Assembly: GCA_001179505.1 (NCBI GenBank)
Contig: CDMY01000362.1
Coordinates: 1 to 64,000 of the forward strand
Length of the DNA stretch: 64,000 bases
Source: Vitrella brassicaformis CCMP3155
Taxonomy: Eukaryota > Protista > Chromerida
Direction: 5' to 3'
The notes under the pieces were generated by a model. It was not told the origin of the DNA. It did no database searches and worked only from the letters and a program-made list of their open reading frames with translations. Shown piece after piece: positions 61,811 through 64,000 of this stretch; the first letter of the stretch is position 1; each line of letters opens with the position of its first letter. A program made the position numbers and the translations under genes.

Positions 61811-64000
61811 TCACTTGTCCAGGTCTGCCTCCCACTGCTCCAGCCTGGCAGCCCCCTCCCCCCACCTCTGGCCTTCCTCACTCCCCTCCCCCGCTCCCTC
61901 GCGCCACGCACACACCTTCCTGCACAAACTCCGCACCAGCAGCCGCAGCGACCCGAGATCACCTGCAGGCGGGCCCTTCGGTGGCCGCCCGCCAGCCATC
62001 CCAGTCTCTGTCTTCGTCTTTTTCTCTTGGTCAATCTGCTGAGCAAGGCGGATCAGCGCCTCTGTTGATGTGAGCAGCTGATCGAGAAAGCCCCCTGTGC
62101 CGCCGGGCGATGGGGGCTGTGTTGATGTAGACGACTGCAGAGTGCGGCACTCCTTCATGCGGTAGCTGTAGGCCGTTGAGGGGTCGGCCAAGTGGTCCTC
62201 GTGTAGCTCGCCGAGGATGCGCCAGAGAGGGGCCTGGGCGGCTGGTGTGGCCGATATCCGCCCAGCCAGGTCGTCAAGGAAGCCCACATAGGTCTTGAGC
62301 AGCTGCCCGCTGCTGCCCTTGCCATCATCCGCCTCATCCCCTTTCACTCGGCTCGTGACGAGACCGGTCAGCCCCTTGACGAGATCGATCTTGCCGAGCT
62401 CCTCGAGCCGCCCGAGAGCCAGCAGCTGCCTCGCCCCCTCCACCGCCCCCCAGGCATCCTCACACCTCATGGCGATCAGCATCTTGTTGTCGGCAACTCG
62501 CCAGTTCTGAGGCGCCCGCTTGGCTGCCTCCTCGATCGCCAGCCGGGCCTCGCTCACGCTGCCCCGATTGAGGTGCACGCCGGCAAGGTTGGCCCACGCC
62601 TCGTGGCTCTCAGGGTCGATGGCGACGACGCGTGCGAAGGCCTCGAGCGCCTCGTCCCACCTCGCCAGCCGCATGCAGGCACAGCCCTTGGTGAACCATG
62701 CGTTGACGTGCAGGGGATTGAGCGCCAGGGCCTCGGTGAAGCACTCGACTGACCGGGGAAGGGATTCCGCACCCTGGCTGAAGAAATGCCGCCCCAGCGA
62801 CCGCATGGCCCGGGCGTAATGGTGGTTGGAGAGACGCCACGCCTCTTCGTAGCACTGCGGGTCGCGCGTGACGTCGCCGAGACTGCACCAGAGGGGCGGG
62901 GTGGGCTTGGCCGCCAGCCGCTCACGCAGCAGCTTCTCGGCCTGCTGCTCACGGCCGGCAGCGATGAGGCACTCCAGGCCCTCCTCCCACATATGGAGGG
63001 ACGCAAACCGCTCAAAGGCCGACAGCAAGGCACCAGTGCGACGCAGGTGGCGTGCGGCCTCCCGGTGGGCTTCCCATCGGCTGGGGTAGTCGACACAATG
63101 GACGAATGCCAGCCGATGGGATGGTGGGGGGGTCGGGTCGTCGTACTGGTCGATGAGGGCCTGCAGCTGGAGGCATGCGCGGTCCATGGTCTTGGTCCTG
63201 TGCAGCTCGGACCGGCTGCGGAAGTAGAGGCCGGCAGAGTACACCAGCCAGTTGGCCGACAGCTGAGAGCCTTCCTGTCCACTAGGGGGGGCAGAGGGGA
63301 GCACCAGACACCTGAAGAAACGAAAGCAAGACATCAGCTGGCTCACTGACTCCCCACACCCATCCCTGTTTTGCCCACCGTTGCACAAGGGCGTTGAGCT
63401 CCTCGGCCGCCAGCTCGTCACCCACAGGGGCGCTCTCCAGGATGGAAGCACACCTTGTGAGCAGCAGCGCCTGCTCGAGAGCGGTCAGAGGCCTCTCGAT
63501 TGACCCATTCTCCCCGCCTTCCCCCGCTAGCAGCCGCGGCCGCTCCAGGATGTCCGTATCGGGGTCCAATTCGGTGAGCTTCACGTCCTGCACCTCGCCA
63601 GCCTCTTGCCCTTGAGACGACCTGGCTCCATTGTCGGCTGCTTGGCTCTTGGTGAGGACCACCAGCTGCGGCAGTGCGTTGGTCTGATACTGTCGCCTGA
63701 TGCCCCTCGCACCCGTGATGCTGAACTCGAAACCGGCAATCGAACATGCGCGGGAGGCGGCGCGGGTGTATGGCTTGGTGCGCCCGTAGAAGGCCAGTCG
63801 GAGTGCCAGCTCGAGGACGAGGGCTGCCTGTGCCTCGCGAGATAGGGGCAGGTCAGAGGCGACCTGAGGAGCGGATGTATCATCTGAAAGGCACCCACCA
63901 TACGAACACGAACAGCTGTGAGAGAAGGAAGCACTCCATCCGTGTGCCATGCACTCTTGTACCTTGATCGATAGCATCCATCTTGACCGAGAAAGACTCG
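61811..64000 (-). CDS. TTC27: Tetratricopeptide repeat protein TTC27/Emw1-like (5' part beyond the window)
   Basis: ITGARGIRRQYQTNALPQLVV, NWLVYSAGLYFRSRSE...RACLQLQALIDQ, LWCSLGD...YEEAWRLS..YARAMRSLG, TPRs ALALNPLHVNAWFTKGCACM. Confidence 0.9.

Noticed and set aside
1-64000. Hundreds of short overlapping ORFs in the six-frame track rich in CVCV, THTH, SVCL and QTDR
   Set aside because: They are translations of intronic microsatellites or antisense shadows of GC-rich exons, not genes

Overview
Intron-rich, GC-rich eukaryotic genomic DNA. The short introns packed with (CA)n/(GT)n, (GACA)n/(TGTC)n and (GGAT)n repeats, the BTB-TLDc, ankyrin and divergent-kinase families, and a plastid protein with a bipartite signal suggest a chromerid alveolate, most likely Vitrella brassicaformis (inference, not verified). 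Conserved core genes (MAM33-like, UBC7/UBE2G-type E2, PAP/fibrillin, CHFR, RTCB, EF-hand protein, TTC27) alternate with decaying accessory islands: three divergent kinase-like genes sharing one N-terminal module, two BTB-BTB-TLDc-TLDc paralogs plus a remnant, ankyrin and F-box-like genes, and pseudogenes. The most notable signals are: (1) many introns carry mutually complementary microsatellite arms (AC-type at the 5' end, GT-type at the 3' end) that could base-pair to bridge splice sites; (2) a STRA6/RBP-receptor-like membrane protein with a large ectodomain; (3) kinase, repeat and BTB-TLDc units co-occurring at both ends of the window; (4) several insertion scars (a 2.8 kb insert nested in an intron, a 147 bp insert with a 9 bp direct repeat, and a 4 kb unit flanked by ~90 bp direct repeats). 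No rRNA, tRNA, CRISPR array or transposase was recognised. Exon boundaries were placed by eye and are approximate.
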